Below, one piece after another: positions 51,382 to 62,693 of a stretch of DNA of 64,000 bases; position 1 is the first letter of the stretch; every line of letters begins with the position of its first letter. Both the position numbers and the translations under genes were made by a program. Below the pieces are notes generated by a model. That model had not been told where the DNA came from, did no database searches, and saw only the letters and a program-made list of their open reading frames with translations. The stretch is from contig NW_027191404.1 in NCBI RefSeq assembly GCF_041146345.1, positions 2,666,001 to 2,730,000 on the forward strand, written 5' to 3'. This DNA is from Neodothiora populina (Eukaryota).

Positions 51382-52440
51382 TTAAAGCGCAAGGGCGACG
51401 AGGGCTCCGGCAAGGTAAACACCAAGACCAGTGGGAGAAGCAATATCGGCAGCGCCTGTAGAGCTGGAAGAAGCGGCAGCTGCAGAGGAAGCAGCAGTAC
51501 CAGTGGTAGACGAGCTGCGGGAAGTACCAGCGGAGCTGGAAGTGCTTGATCCGGACGCCGAAGAAGAAGAACGTCCAGAGGTGGATGATGCAGATGAAGA
51601 TCCGGAAGAGGAGGAGGAGGCGGCGGCGGTGGATGAACCTAGAGTAAATGATGAGTCGGATGAACTACTCGAGACTGAAGCAGCGCTTGACGAAGCAGAA
51701 GAGGCAGAGCTGCTGGCAGAGCTGGCAGAGCTTGAAGCAGAAGCAGAGCTAGATGAAGAAGCGGAGCTGATGGAGGAAGAAGAGGCAGCGGCGGCAGAGG
51801 ATAAGGAAGAAGATGACGATGCTGCAGAGGACGACGAACCGCTAGTAGTACTTCCGGGTGCGAGCGCAGTCGACGAAGGCGACACGGTGGTCAAGGGAGC
51901 ACCGGATGTGGTGGTGGAACCTTGTCCTGCACAGTTGAAACCCACGGCGCAGCAGATGGCCTTGCTGTCACTATCCGTGGTGCAGTACTGTCCGAAAGAG
52001 CAGAGTCCGCCCTGTTCGCTGCAGCAGATGAAAGCCCGAGGGTCGTAGCATCCGTTTCCGCACTTGGACTCTCCGTTGGAGCAAGTGACTGGGGTGGACG
52101 ACGCCGTCGACGAAGATGACGCGGCGGTAGTGGTGGCAGTGCCGGCAACAGTGGACGAGGCAAAAGTGGCTGATTGGAGAGTAGACACAGCAGAACCGCT
52201 GCCCTGGCAGTTGGCACCGTTTTCGCAACAAGCCGAGTTGCCGTTGGCGTCGTTGGAGCAGTAAGATCCTAAGGCGCAAAGTGCGCCTGCATCGCTGCAG
52301 CAGAGGTAAGACTGAGGATCATAGCAGGAAGTTCCGCAAACGGAACCACCGTCAGAACAGGTCACTTGACGCTGGAAGACCGGTGAGACATAGCTGGCCA
52401 AAGCCAGAGAGGCGAAGCTGGAGTAGAGAAGGAATTGCAT
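51382..52440 (-). CDS. Secreted, probably GPI-anchored Ser/Thr/Ala-rich cell-wall protein with two Cys-rich repeats
   Basis: Signal peptide; 'CGTSCYDPQSYLCC' and 'CGNGCYDPRAFICC' repeats; long Ser tract; hydrophobic C-terminus after 'TGAA'. Confidence 0.85.
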   Translation of the reverse strand: MQFLLYSSFASLALASYVSPVFQRQVTCSDGGSVCGTSCYDPQSYLCCSDAGALCALGSYCSNDANGNSACCENGANCQGSGSAVSTLQSATFASSTVAGTATTTAASSSSTASSTPVTCSNGESKCGNGCYDPRAFICCSEQGGLCSFGQYCTTDSDSKAICCAVGFNCAGQGSTTTSGAPLTTVSPSSTALAPGSTTSGSSSSAASSSSSLSSAAAASSSSISSASSSSSASASSSASSASSSASSASSSAASVSSSSSDSSFTLGSSTAAASSSSSGSSSASSTSGRSSSSASGSSTSSSAGTSRSSSTTGTAASSAAAASSSSTGAADIASPTGLGVYLAGALVALAL

Positions 52441-53267
52441 AGTAGTGAGTGTTGGATGAACGACAGACGTTGGAAATGATTGACGACTAAAAGAAACGGG
52501 CGTGGAGAGGTGAAATTAAATAAGAGCAGAGAGGCTTTTTTTTGTTTATGTGACACAAGTCTCTGCATCTGCGCCAGGAACAGAACACGAGAGAATGCGA
52601 GTCGATTGGGATCCACTTCATCTGGGCGTATTCGGGTACCCATGACGATCAGTTTCATTTTTAGATCAAACACACGGATGCCACGGTGATTTGGTCTCGT
52701 AAACCTTGATATGTTGCCGAGCCACCCACGGATAGGAACCTAGGTAAGGTAGTGATCCATGTCCCTGAGGTTCCCGTCTTTTGCCTCTTCTGGTTTTGTG
52801 CTGAGCTGCAGGTTGTGTTGCTACAGTACTTGTACCAGGTGGGAGAGAATCCTGTCATCTGTTTCTTGTGATTTTGCTGATCTCATTTGATATAACCTGA
52901 CTCGTCTCTGGGTATCTCCGCAGCGCTAAGATCTGCCACGACAAGGATGAGTGACAGCAAGTCGCACTGCAGGTCCTGTGACTGGCTATGCCTATCGTAC
53001 ACTTGTACCTGACTGTAGCTCTCTGATCATCCGCTTTGCAGTGTTTGAGTGTTCGGATAGTTCCCTCCTGTACTTGTATAATTGTACAAGCCTTCAAGCC
53101 CCGACTTTTCCACCCTCACGGCAATGCCAAGACTTTCTTCTTGAATCTTCCCGAATCCCCCGAGATCTTGCCTGCTTGCGTGTGGCACATGTACTTTGTA
53201 TTGTAGGCAAAAGATTGCGACAGAGTGTTCTGATCTTTGATCCATCAAGAATCCATCACAAAACATC

Positions 53268-53726
53268 ATGGTGTGTTTCCATGTCCCTATCTTCTTATTT
53301 TTGACATTGTTAACAGTTGGACAGGCGCATCGAATAATAACTCAAGTTTTCGTCACCGGCGCAAGAGTGTTTGGAAGAGCGGCGTCAGAGGCGTGGAAAC
53401 ATGCATCAGCACAATCAGCATACCAGAAATCAGTTCCGGCGGCAAACAACACGCTATCATCATCAGGCCTGACTCTCGATGAAGCCTGCCGCATTCTGAA
53501 TGTCAGTCCGCCGAAGGGGGGCAAAGCGAATCTCGATGTCGTGACGGAACGGTTCAAGAAGCTGTTCGATCTCAACGACCCCAAGAAGGGCGGAAGTTTC
53601 TATCTACAGAGCAAAGTCTTGCGCGCGCGAGAGAGAATAGAACTGGAAATGAGGGAGGCAGAGTCGGCAGCGGAGAGAGAGGCGGAACTAAAAGAGGGCT
53701 GGAAGCCGAAGGTCTACAAGGATTGA
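53268..53726 (+). CDS. PAM16: Mitochondrial import motor J-like protein Pam16 (intron directly after the ATG)
   Basis: 'M|AHRIITQVFVTGARVFGRA', 'GLTLDEACRILNV', 'KGGSFYLQSKVLRARERI'. Confidence 0.93.
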   Translation: MVCFHVPIFLFLTLLTVGQAHRIITQVFVTGARVFGRAASEAWKHASAQSAYQKSVPAANNTLSSSGLTLDEACRILNVSPPKGGKANLDVVTERFKKLFDLNDPKKGGSFYLQSKVLRARERIELEMREAESAAEREAELKEGWKPKVYKD

Positions 53727-54402
53727 TTATGAGGTGATTTTCCAGAGCAAAGCAAAGCGAGGCGTTTATTAGTGGTATATAAGGTACATCTCTTCTCAAG
53801 GGAAGGGCCATTCGAGTTGTACATAACAATATATCAGTCACTTCCAAGGCATCAAAGTCCTGCTGACGGACAGCACTTGACGTTCGTCGTAGCACCTCCC
53901 GCGTCCCTGCAGAGCGAGGCGTCATATTGCGGTATAAGGTAGGCAGGTACTGTATACACCTTTTCCCATAAGACGGGGTAATTTAATTGTACGATACACG
54001 ATATTATGAGTCACTCTCCAAGGCATCAATTTGTACATGACAGCAGTCAATGTGCTGTTGGATGTTTCGTATTCCGTGATCAACACTGACAATACAATTG
54101 GTCGGATCTGGCCGTCAAGTTATGCAAAAAAAAAAAGAACATGACGAGAGAAAAAGATTCCCCACATTTTGAGGTTGACACTAAAAGTGCAGGTGCGCAA
54201 GGTTCCTGCCTGTACTGGATGTCTTCATCTTCACCACGACCTTATTCTTCATCTCCTTGAAACCTTTCTTTTGCACTTCTCCATCACATCTCTACATCTC
54301 ACACAATGTATCTTACTGTCGCTTGAGTTCTGAATGCTCTTTGAGCAATTCATCGACACATCAGAAAAATAGACACAATTTCCCTATCAATCGACAATAT
54401 CC

Positions 54403-55921
54403 ATGGCTTCAAAATCATCATTTCACCCTGGCGCAATGCCTCCTCCGCCCACCCCTAGAAAATCAATCGACACCAACGACGACGAATCCTCCGAAGACGA
54501 TCTTGAAAAGAAGATTTATGAGCTGGAACAGTCCGGCTGGCGACCGCCGGAGGAAACCTTTGACGATGATGACGATTATAATGAAGTCGATTTATTAAGC
54601 GATAATGAAGAAGAAGAAACCAACGTGCAGCAGAGGGAAGAACAGTTGCTTGCGGCAGAAGAACAAATCGCCAGAAAGCTGTCTTTATCCAGTCAAGACA
54701 GCTATGATCTGTGGTCACAATTGAATCAACACCCCGACAACCTCGTCGACTACAATACCGTGTTTGCAGAACAGATTCCTACCTCGCCTGAGAGAAGAGT
54801 GCGATTCGAAGAAGCACATTCTGACACTTCGGAGAGCGACTCGGAAGTCGACGAGGACTTGTTCCCAGATCTATTTATACAGCAGGATCAACTTGACGCT
54901 GGATTTCGCGCCGACATCGAATCAGACGTGCATGATTTCATCGACGACGATGAAGATACAGCATCATGTTGGGACTTCGACGCTGACGAAGCGAGGATAT
55001 TGATGATGGATGTCGATGACGACGACGACGATTCCGACGACTCGGACGATACAGCAGGGTCAAGCGGATATGAATGTATGTCTCGATTCTGCTCCTGCTT
55101 CTGGATGTTTACCTCGCTTACCTCGCTAACATGACTAACTACCAGCCGACGATGGAGATACAACAGATGAAGAAGATGTACAATTACCACCTTCGACACA
55201 GAAAAAGGAAGTGTCTGTACCAACAACGAGACGAAGACGAAAGCAAGGGATAATCCAACCGAAGAGAGGAATGTTCATCATGGATCCATATAAACCCATT
55301 CTTACTGTCGACTGCGAAAAGGGAAAACCAGACAAAATCAGAATATGGCCAGCTTCAAAATCTTCGGGACAGGACAAGGCATTCTGGCAGAGTTATTTTG
55401 CTATTGAAAGTGCTGCTACTAGCCGGGCGCAAACACCAGAAGATGACTCGGAAAGCCATATTGATGGTTTCTTTGATGACCAGGGGAAATTGTTGACAGA
55501 TCAAGTCATCGGTCCTATGGAGGCCTTTTTGCCTTTTGATGAAGATGAAGCAGAAGAAGAGGAAGATCCTCTGTCTAATTTTGTTGACTTTGGAGACGAC
55601 ATGGACGAAGATGAGGAGGAAGAAGAGGAGAAGAAAAATACAGACGGATTCGATCTCCTTGCTCATCTCGACCGTCAACGTGGAGTCGTTGGGTCATTTC
55701 GGAGGAATCAGCAAATCGCGAAGCACGTCGGCTCATTACCTTCACATCCAGCACTCAGAGCGTCAGCTTCTGAAAGTAATGCAATGCAGTCTGGAAGAAG
55801 AGCTGCTGCAAACACCCCCATCACACCATTAAGACGCAAGAAGACGGTCGGAGCAAGAAACTCACCAATCACAATCACCTCACCCACCAAACGAAAAAGA
55901 AGTGGGAGTGGATTTAGATAA
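54403..55921 (+). CDS. Acidic, largely disordered nuclear-type protein (possibly Ifh1/Crf1-like), intron approx. 55076-55145
   Basis: Splicing joins ORFs 54403 and 55211 via 'SGYE|SDDGDTTDEED'; blocks 'FPDLFIQQDQLD', 'GVVGSFRRNQ'; basic C-terminus. Confidence 0.6.
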
Positions 55922-56403
55922 CGAATTAACTAGAATCAAGTTTTCCCCGACTACTCTACTCAGCCACGCACTGGGTTGTCTGTGTCTCTGCTCTTATCAA
56001 TCACGCGACCCACTTGGTCTATGTTGTCAAGAAAGCCAAGAAACTTGCTCTTGCACCTTCCCCACTCCGCACCTGACACGAGTCTGGGCCTTGCCGTCGC
56101 CCCCCTGACTATGGTTTGTTATTGATTGTCACTAACAAGCGGTGAGGGTGGAAGAGCACGAAAAGGAAGCCGCAAAGAAATATGAAGGAAAGAAAAGGAA
56201 ACTGCCTTTTCTACCACTTGCACATGCGGAAGGAAGGTTTGAACATGGAATAAAAAGCGTCCGGCGGGGTACATAAGCGTGTGCCTGTGATATGCCAAAC
56301 GGGGCACTGTACTCCACTTCCCGTAGCCCCATCTCATGCCAACTTTCTTGTATCTATCACTCCTTCTCACCCTCTTCTTGATTCTGTTGAACAACCAGAG
56401 AGA

Positions 56404-57791
56404 ATGACGAGCGCAATATATCAGTCGGCTACTGCATATAGTAGGAGATCAGCGTCCACGCAGGCAAATGAAATAGACCGAAATCTCATGTTTTACTATG
56501 AACATCTCCAACTCTATGATCCGAACTCTCTAAGAAGGAGTCGGTCTGAGCCCCTACATTCCTTGGGACTATCACAAGAATCTCTTGACTTGCCCCAACA
56601 GCAACCGAGAAGTGCACGGCAGTCGCTTGACATGATCGCAGCTATGCCTGCTCCACAGACTGTACAAGACTCGCTGTCAGGGCCAGTGACACAACAAGTG
56701 TTGACTGAACAAACAACACAAGAACAAGAACCAGAATATGAACCACAACAACAGCAGCAGGAACCGCTTGATTCGATTGTTGAAGAATCACAGCAAGAAC
56801 AGCAACAGGAACAGCAAGAACAATTACAACAACAACAACAACAACAACAGCAGACTGAAGAATCACGACAAGACGCAATGTCTACAAGAACATCGATAAG
56901 AGAAGATCCTCCGCCACATTATGATCATCATCATCTACACCGACTACAACTCCCACCAGCATATGAAACCATGCCGGACTCGCTATTGCCGGATCCTAGT
57001 TTCTGTCATCCCGAGCTGGCTGAGAATCTAAGGCGATTCTTGTTATTCTGTCTTGCTATCGATTACGGTCTCGTTCCTGAATGTCCAGAACCTATGAGAC
57101 CCACTGATTGGCTTCCTTTCCTGAGGCTCGCAAGACATTGGAGTTGGAGAGACTCGAGACGTCGCTATCAACAAGGCTACGATCCTGTTAGACCTGCCTT
57201 TTTAGGCAACCCCTCAAGGGCAGATAACGCCGCTGATGATGAAAGAGCTTTGAAAGTCGAACAATGTATATTCGCTTGTATTGTAAGACCGGCACAAGCA
57301 TTGAACATTCCTCCTGGTATTTTCTCCTCGACTCTCTTGACTCATTCCCTTTGCTGACGACATCCACAGACATTGCGATTACCATGTTACGAGATTTCCC
57401 AAGTTCAATCACAAGTAATGGTGATTATGTTCCTCACAATCATCGCTACCGTTGCCCAAACACAAAAACACTTGCGACGAAGCTATTACTTGATCGCGAA
57501 ATCCTCATAGACACACTGACAAGAAGGGAGCACTCTTCCTTCCGGTCATCACTCCACGAAGCGAATGAAAAGATACAAAACAAGAACTTTGTATCCCTGA
57601 GATCACCCGACGACTTTGAATTGACACAATTTGGCATGATGAGGGAAAAACTCGAAGGAGGTAGAAGAGCTACGATATCTTCTCTGAGTCTGACCCTGAC
57701 TCGAAGTCCCGAAGATAATCTCAAAGCCTTCGTTGATTCAAGTGGTCGGAAGAGACTAAAGAGATGGGTCAGGAAATTATCATCTGCTTGA
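56404..57791 (+). CDS. Gln-rich hypothetical protein with PPxY motifs; probable 53-nt intron 57317-57369 joining two ORFs
   Basis: Removing GTATTT...GCTGAC...CAG gives 'ALNIPP|DIAITMLRDF' in frame; without splicing there are two ORFs (56404-57357 and 57384-57791). Confidence 0.55.
56827..56853 (+). repeat. (CAA)7(CAG)2 coding trinucleotide repeat (polyQ)
   Basis: Read directly from the sequence. Confidence 0.85.
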
Positions 57792-58081
57792 TAGTGGTTT
57801 TCTTTGCTTTCCTCTTTTTCTTTTTGCCAATGTTAACGTGGCAATATTCTCGATAGACAGGATCAAAAAATTCAGCTTCATTGACCCGACAACTGTCGAC
57901 CGTTTCTACAGGCCGTTGCGAAATTTCATGGATACCCGTCTTGGAGCCTCCTATATTATAACCCACCTCAGCCCTCTTTATTTTCATTCGAATACAGGTC
58001 TTCCTCTCAATTTACCTATATTCCTGTCATACAATTATCTTTTTATTACACTTAATTCGCTGGTCGAATTATCTCTCTACA

Positions 58082-59392
58082 ATGAAGGTTCTCGCATGGA
58101 CAGTGTCAGCCTTAATTGGTTTGGCCACTGCGAGTCCTATGCAAGTCACTCCCGGCGGCCCTGAAGATATCATCATCACAGAAGAGAACACTCTGAATGC
58201 AACAACAATAGCAACATTCGCGCCAGTTCGTATTTTGGCTGCTTCAGGTGGCCAATTACCGCTTGCACTCGTCAACAACCTTGCAAGTTCAAATGTGCAC
58301 GCCTATGTCACAGGTCTTGATCCGAATGGACAATTAGTCATGTTAAAGCCTGATGGTTCATGGTATTATCCTACTTCTACATCATCGGGAATACCAGTGG
58401 CGATCACAGAAAATGTTGCCATACCACTTGGAGCCGAGGGAACGACAAAGACAATCACTTTACCTGGTTACATATCTTCTGGACGTGTGTACTTCGCCGA
58501 TGGTACACTCAAGTTCTATACTGTCCAGGCAGCAACTGGCGCAACATCACTTGTCGAACCTTCGGCTGTCAACCCTTCCGATCCTTCTGCCAACGTCAAC
58601 TGGGGCTTTATCGAATTGACAAACACTGCCGCTGGCGGGATATATGTCAATCTTAGTTTCGTCGACTTCGTCGGGTTGCCTCTGGGAATTACCCTCACAG
58701 ATACTTCCGGAGGCAAGAACGAAGCAAGAGGTCTTGTGACGGATGCTGTCGAACAGATCTGTTCTGAACTGACCCAACAAGCCAAGACGGACGGTCAACC
58801 TTGGGATGAACTTTGCATGTATTCCAGCAATGGTCAGCCCCTCCGAGCACTGAGTCCTTACAACTACCTTGCTGGACTAAGCAATTCTGCATTCTCCAGT
58901 TATTGGACCTCATATATCGACCAGGTCTGGGCCTATTACACCAGAAACAAACTGACAATCAACACGCAAGCAGCAGCGGGACTTGTTTCTTGCTCTGTTA
59001 CCTCTGGTGTCTTGTATTGCGATGGAGACAACCGTGGATACGCAAAGCCTACTGCTTCGGACATCTTTGGATGTAACGCAGGTCCTTTTGCTATCCAAGG
59101 AGGAGACAACTCCGTGCATTATGCTGTCGTGCCACGACTGTGCGCGGCGTTCCATCGCTCTACCTTTTTGATCGCAGGTGGCAGCACTCAGCCTGCAGTT
59201 TCGTCGTCAAGATACTACCTTGCCGATCCAACAAATTGGTACTCTAGCATCGTACACGATTTCCAGATTGATGGAAGAGGTTATGCCTTCCCATATGACG
59301 ATGTGACGCCCACTGGTGGGCAAGATACATCCGGATTATTAGCGACAACACAACCAAAGTTGTTGACTGTTTATATAGGAGGCGACTGTTGA
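58082..59392 (+). CDS. Secreted GH64 beta-1,3-glucanase
   Basis: Signal peptide; 'ISSGRVYF', 'NPSDPSANVNWGFIELT', 'IYVNLSFVDFVGLP', 'PRLCAAFHRS', 'TNWYSSIVH...GRGYAFPYDDV'. Confidence 0.9.
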   Translation: MKVLAWTVSALIGLATASPMQVTPGGPEDIIITEENTLNATTIATFAPVRILAASGGQLPLALVNNLASSNVHAYVTGLDPNGQLVMLKPDGSWYYPTSTSSGIPVAITENVAIPLGAEGTTKTITLPGYISSGRVYFADGTLKFYTVQAATGATSLVEPSAVNPSDPSANVNWGFIELTNTAAGGIYVNLSFVDFVGLPLGITLTDTSGGKNEARGLVTDAVEQICSELTQQAKTDGQPWDELCMYSSNGQPLRALSPYNYLAGLSNSAFSSYWTSYIDQVWAYYTRNKLTINTQAAAGLVSCSVTSGVLYCDGDNRGYAKPTASDIFGCNAGPFAIQGGDNSVHYAVVPRLCAAFHRSTFLIAGGSTQPAVSSSRYYLADPTNWYSSIVHDFQIDGRGYAFPYDDVTPTGGQDTSGLLATTQPKLLTVYIGGDC

Positions 59393-59418
59393 TATAGATA
59401 CCCGTAGATAGATGAAAT

Positions 59419-60261
59419 TTAATACAATTCTTGTGTCCTTCTTCCACCACGGAAACCACACCAGTCGCATCTCGTCGCCGTAGAACCGTCCGCGTGCTCG
59501 AAGCAATACTCGGACCTGCATTTCTGGCACTGTCGAATCGTCTTTGGCTTGCACTCTTCGCAGACTCTACCGCAGTCCCAGCAGTGTCTCTCGACATGTC
59601 TGCCGTCAAATGCTTTACAGCTTTCGCACCATCTGCCTCTCATGCAATCTTCGCATGCGAAGAAAGCGGACTCCTTGGCCGGTCTTGACAAGAAGAAAGG
59701 TGGGTCGGTCAAGACCGATTGCTCTTGGCCGCCGCCTTGGAGTTTGATGGTCGCTATTGCCTGGCGACAAGAACATAAGACAGCGTCAAAATCCATGACG
59801 TGGCTTACAGCGGCAATCGTCTCCATCCATGATGTCGGCTGTGGTTGGAGCACTCGTCCATATTCTCTTGCCGGGTTAAAATAATACAATCCTTTTATCG
59901 TCGATCGCTTCAGGTCTTGCTGGAGTTTGGTCTCACTTGTAACCACTCCTCGGAGGGACAGCAATGCGACCGAATAGTCACAGATGCAATGACGAATCAC
60001 CTCTTCGGGCAATGCAAGGTCATCCAAAACCAATATTGTGACATGGCGCAAGATGTCACTCGGGGGCGACGGCGGCTTGTCGAGTCCCGCTGTTGAGGAG
60101 GACAAGGACAAATCCAAGCGCCGGAAAGTTTCCCTCTGCTTGATTATTGATCGGAAGGTTTTGTTGGTCGACGAGAGGGCTAAGATTCCAGAAATCGGAA
60201 TATGCGGGATCGTCTGACGGTAAATCAATGATATCGACAATAAATCTAACAGGCAAGTCAT
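59419..60261 (-). CDS. F-box-like protein with Cys-rich (zinc-finger-like) C-terminus
   Basis: 'LLDLLSISLIYRQTIPHIPISGILALSSTNKTFRSII..FRRLDLS'; C-terminal CxxC pairs (CEDC, CESC, CWDC, CEEC, CQKC, CDWC). Confidence 0.65.
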   Translation of the reverse strand: MTCLLDLLSISLIYRQTIPHIPISGILALSSTNKTFRSIIKQRETFRRLDLSLSSSTAGLDKPPSPPSDILRHVTILVLDDLALPEEVIRHCICDYSVALLSLRGVVTSETKLQQDLKRSTIKGLYYFNPAREYGRVLQPQPTSWMETIAAVSHVMDFDAVLCSCRQAIATIKLQGGGQEQSVLTDPPFFLSRPAKESAFFACEDCMRGRWCESCKAFDGRHVERHCWDCGRVCEECKPKTIRQCQKCRSEYCFEHADGSTATRCDWCGFRGGRRTQELY

Positions 60262-60513
60262 GTTTGTGGTCTGGTTCAAAGTGGGTCTTGAGGTCTTTGC
60301 GGGCAATAGTTTGAATTCTTGGCTTTAATTTTAAATATTTAGCCCGAGGTAATTCGGATAATAGCACTTCCGAGTTATTTAAGATTTGGTATCATTTGTT
60401 GGTAAAGACTGTTAAAGAAAAATTATCGACAAGAAATCGGGGGTGAATAATATCAACGATTGACAAGAAGAGAATTTGGTGCGGAGGCGCAGATTGATTA
60501 AAAAAAAAAGGGA

Positions 60514-61613
60514 TCATAGGGCAAGAAGGGCCGCTGCTCCCATTGCAATAGGATAGGCAAAGCTCGTGATTGTTGGCATCATCGCGTTTGCAAATCCGGA
60601 GCTTGTCGCAGTAGATCCTGATCCGCTGCTAGTCTTGCTCGGTGTTGGCTTTGCGCTGTTGACCTCAAGATCCATGAAGATGTTCTTGAATTCAGCAGTA
60701 ACATTCGATGTCGCGTGCACTGTCTCTGTTCCGAATTGGACAACTCCCATGTAAAGAGTGTCGGTAAGATTGCCGGAGTCGACAATGACGTGAAGCAACT
60801 CGGAGAGATCTCCCTCGATGTGGTCGAGGTTGACTGTTGGTACCCAGGAGTAGACGGTTTGCTTTTGCCCTTGCTGGTTCTGTCCGACGAACAATTGGCT
60901 GTTGCTTGTTAGTCCCGTGATGCGACAGCAGAAGATGACGATGGCAACGTACAATGTGCTTCCACCAAGGGTGTAGCTGGGTGCTCCGTCGGTAGGCTCG
61001 TAGTAGCCAATAGGCCAGACTCCTCCCCACACAGCGCCCCAGACCATGATCTCGTATGCAGCAGCGGAGGCGTTGGAGGCCTTGTCTGGGTCCAAGTCAA
61101 GGAAGATATCAAGCGCGATATCTGCCTTGGTGCCAATGGCAAGCAGTGCTTGCTCATCGGTCACATCTGTTCGCTTTCCAGATGGGTATACGGACCAGGT
61201 GGCATTAAGGTTGAATGACTTAACATTGTTCACTTGGGTGGGCAATTGGATAGACTCATATTGCACATTCGGGAAGGAATGGACCCATACAGAGTTGTTC
61301 GTCCATGACCATGTTGCATTGAACGACGCAGCGTCTGTCTTGTCGTCATCTAATTCCACCTGGCTTGTCGTTAGTATGTTTGTTATTATCGCGGCAGTCG
61401 CAGGCGAGGTGTGCTTACAGTGATACACTGACTTCCACTGCCATCATTGCCCCATTGATTGGTTCCATATAGATAGATTCCAGAATCGGTGGTGGCTCCA
61501 TCATAAATCTCACATAGCATGGGATTACAATCATAATTGTTCTGAGCACATGGCTTTGTCTTCGCGTACGTCTGTTGAGCTGCAAGCAACAGCCAAAGAT
61601 AAAAGGACGGCAT
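60514..61613 (-). CDS. GH12 endo-beta-glucanase with signal peptide and GPI-type C-terminus (2 introns)
   Basis: 'NQWG..GSGSQCIT', 'WSW....VHSFPNV', 'ADIALDIF', nucleophile 'YEIMVW', acid/base 'QFGTE'; Ser/Thr linker and hydrophobic tail. Confidence 0.88.
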
Positions 61614-62693
61614 GGTCTAGAAAAAGAGGCACGTGCTCGGGATAGGGAAAACAACAAAAACGAAAGTGGAGAGAATGTGGGTGATATTCTCGAACAAGGA
61701 TGTGACGAAAACAAGTTTGAAATGGAAAGAAAAAGAGAAATGTCGCTTGTATTTCTCTGATTATGCAACTAGCCAACAGCGCCCAAGAAACAAAAGGGGG
61801 GGCGCAGGGCTTATTTGCCTTTCCAACCCACCCCAACCTTTTTGCTCTGGTAGTGTTTTTATGAGGAAATTGATCACACATGTCTCGGCAAATTGCGGCA
61901 CAATCCTCCAGCCATGTTTTCCGTCTTACCACCCTGCTGACCCCCCCAGATAGCTTCAGTTGCTATCGTCGTTGCTATCGACATGGCTATCAGCGAGACA
62001 GGGCAGGTAGCCAGTTCCCGTTTCCTGTTGCTGTCCGTTTTGTGAACACGTCTTTCCCTGCTCAACGTCCAGGTAACGGGGCATGCGTCGCGTCTTTTGC
62101 TCCATGCCCTTCTCGGTCTAGTGAAACACCATGTTTTGCCGTCTTGGCAATTTGGTAGAGTAGAGACGAGAGAAACATTCGAGAGAGATACGAAAAGGTT
62201 ATATCTGTAAAGAGGCACCGTGTCTATCATGATCGGCAGCAGATAAAAAAAGGCGACAAGCCTCTTTGGTTCCTGATTCCAAAGGGGGCGGCAAAACAAA
62301 ACGAGTCGTATCTGTCGAGACGCGGGGGCACGTACATGATCTGATCCTTGTTCTCTTCCTCATCGCCACCTGCAATCGCCCGTGCGCAGCCATGGAAACG
62401 AATCAAGGCAATTCGCGAACCGACAGAGTCACGTCCGGGATCCGATTTCAATCTCGAACAACACACGGACTCTCACACTACTGCACAAGACAAAGTAGTA
62501 TGCCAAAGATAGACTTCCTCACACCGACGTAAAAGTAGAAGTGGAGCTTCCCCCTCTTGTTTCTTTGTTATGTATTTCTCTTCACTTCTTCTTTCCTCTT
62601 CTCTCTTTACCCGCAACACCCGACAAGACCAAAACACACTCGTTTCTTCCTTTTTTTCCTTGTCCTCAGAGGCAAGACCCATTCCGAGGCAAG

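Noticed and set aside
51431..52048. 205-aa Glu/Ala-rich ORF on the + strand
   Set aside because: Antisense shadow of the Ser/Ala-rich GPI protein codons
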